The position numbers were made by a program, and so were the translations under genes. DNA of 64,000 nt from Takakia lepidozioides (lineage: Eukaryota; Plantae; Bryophyta). Below, one piece after another: positions 62,626 through 64,000 of this stretch. The stretch spans positions 47,182,001 to 47,246,000 of the forward strand of contig CM060731.1 of NCBI GenBank assembly GCA_030704615.1, read 5' to 3'. The notes below the pieces were generated by a model. The model was not told the DNA's origin and did no database searches. It was given only the letters and a program-made list of their open reading frames with translations. The number at the start of each line of letters is the position of its first letter. Within the stretch, counting starts at the first letter, position 1.

Positions 62626-64000
62626 CATTGAAGTGACGGAGTGTAAAATGCCCAATTGACACTTGAAGTTTTCAATCCAATAGTCTTTGTAGGCAAGCAC
62701 CGTGATGCGCAGAGTAAGTCTATCTAGGCTGGCTACGGTGCATGCACAGCAAAGGCAAGTGAAGAATGGAGACAATGTTATAAATATGTTTTGACAACTG
62801 TGATCTCCTCCCAGCGGGTGTCTTGGAGGCTGTGTCGTCACCCATCAAAGGCTCACAGAAATGATAAAAATGTTTTGTGGATTCTCTGCACGGTCTATCC
62901 TCTGGTAAAGAAGTGATGAGGACAACCATTTGGAATTTTTTGTGCCTGCAGGTTTGAAACATGGAAGATGCATTAACCGCAGAGGAAGAAACTGGGTGAG
63001 GAGGGCAAGTTATGCCTCAAGGGCCAAAACCCAGCAATCATATGGTAGCTGGCATACTCTTTGCATAGGGTTTTCTACCTGCATCCCTCACAAACAGTCC
63101 TGTATGAACAATGATCATTGCACAGTGAACTGGGTTGAAAGAGCTGGCGTCTCCCACCTTTTGTGAATCATTTGACAATGCCCCCGTTCATTTCTGTGTC
63201 CCATGTGGCCGTTACATATCTTCATCTCCTCACCAGAGTCCTTTCCATTTACTGTGGATCTATCTGTATAAAACATTCAAGGTAAGATAATCCAAGAGAC
63301 CAGGAATAGTTATTTCAAATTCTATCGTCCTGTTGTTCATCCCTGGCACCAAAGCTCTCTCCAAAGTTTCACAAACCATGCTGCAATCTGTCTGCATTCA
63401 TGGCAGCATGTGAAGCAGTCGCCACAAGACCAAGGAACGCCCACGTGATGAACTAGAATCCCTTCACTTGCAATCTTCTTTCTCGATAGCGACATCAGTT
63501 CTTTTGCGTCGTGCTTGCCGGTGTCGATTGGCTTCCCTATTTCGGCGGAATCTTGTTTGACAAACTCGAGTTGAAGATCTAACGGGGCGGGAGGAAGGGG
63601 GAAGAAGTGCAGAGCAGCTGCGATGGGCTGCACCGCATCCTCCCCTGGTCTTTCTTACCCCTTGACCTTTGCATCATTGGAGTTTTATGGGGTCCTCTAT
63701 CTTTATGGGACGCTCCCGAGGAGAGAGCGAGAGAGATGTACTCACTTAGAGCTGTTCTTTCCATGGTTAAAGAGCATACAGAGGACAGATGAAAGATCGA
63801 TAGGAGGGGAAATAAGCTGACTGCAAGTCGTGCGTAAAGGCACTTTTCCTTTGGATGGACGAAGGAAGAGCCGAGAGATATAGACTCTTAGATTCATTCT
63901 TTCTGTCAAAGTGTTCCAAATCTGGATTGACTTGATGACAAGATTTGAATTCCAGCGGAAGAGTCTGTTAGTCATTTGTCAAACTGGGTTAAAGATATCG

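Noticed and set aside
62630-64000. Gene in the terminal short ORFs
   Set aside because: No recognisable motifs and frequent stops in all candidate frames.

Overview
Eukaryotic nuclear DNA from a land plant, probably a non-seed lineage with flagellated sperm (bryophyte, lycophyte or fern). This inference rests on a sperm-tail PG-rich repeat gene and on the retroelement types present. I reconstructed nine protein-coding genes by hand, eight of them spliced: two paralogous alpha/beta-hydrolases, NSE1 (SMC5/6 complex, with a GC-AG intron), a DUF836 glutaredoxin-like protein, a trihelix transcription factor, HAKAI (m6A-writer E3 ligase), a single-ORF 24-repeat SHIPPO/STPG protein, NTAQ1 (not evident from the ORF track, split by a 7.5-kb intron) and a SKIP30-like F-box/kelch protein. 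The most striking structure is NTAQ1 intron 4. It holds a stack of about five sense-oriented copies of one LINE family, each abutting (CT)n microsatellite. Nested in one copy is a young 364-bp TRIM whose two LTRs each contain a tRNA-shaped Pol III promoter cassette (Helenus/Cassandra-type architecture). The right half is mostly transposon debris: a MULE with a 9-bp TSD, a rearranged Copia, Gypsy remnants (one with a PHD finger after the integrase) and foldback repeats. Coordinates and splice junctions were read manually; family names come from recognised motifs, not database searches.
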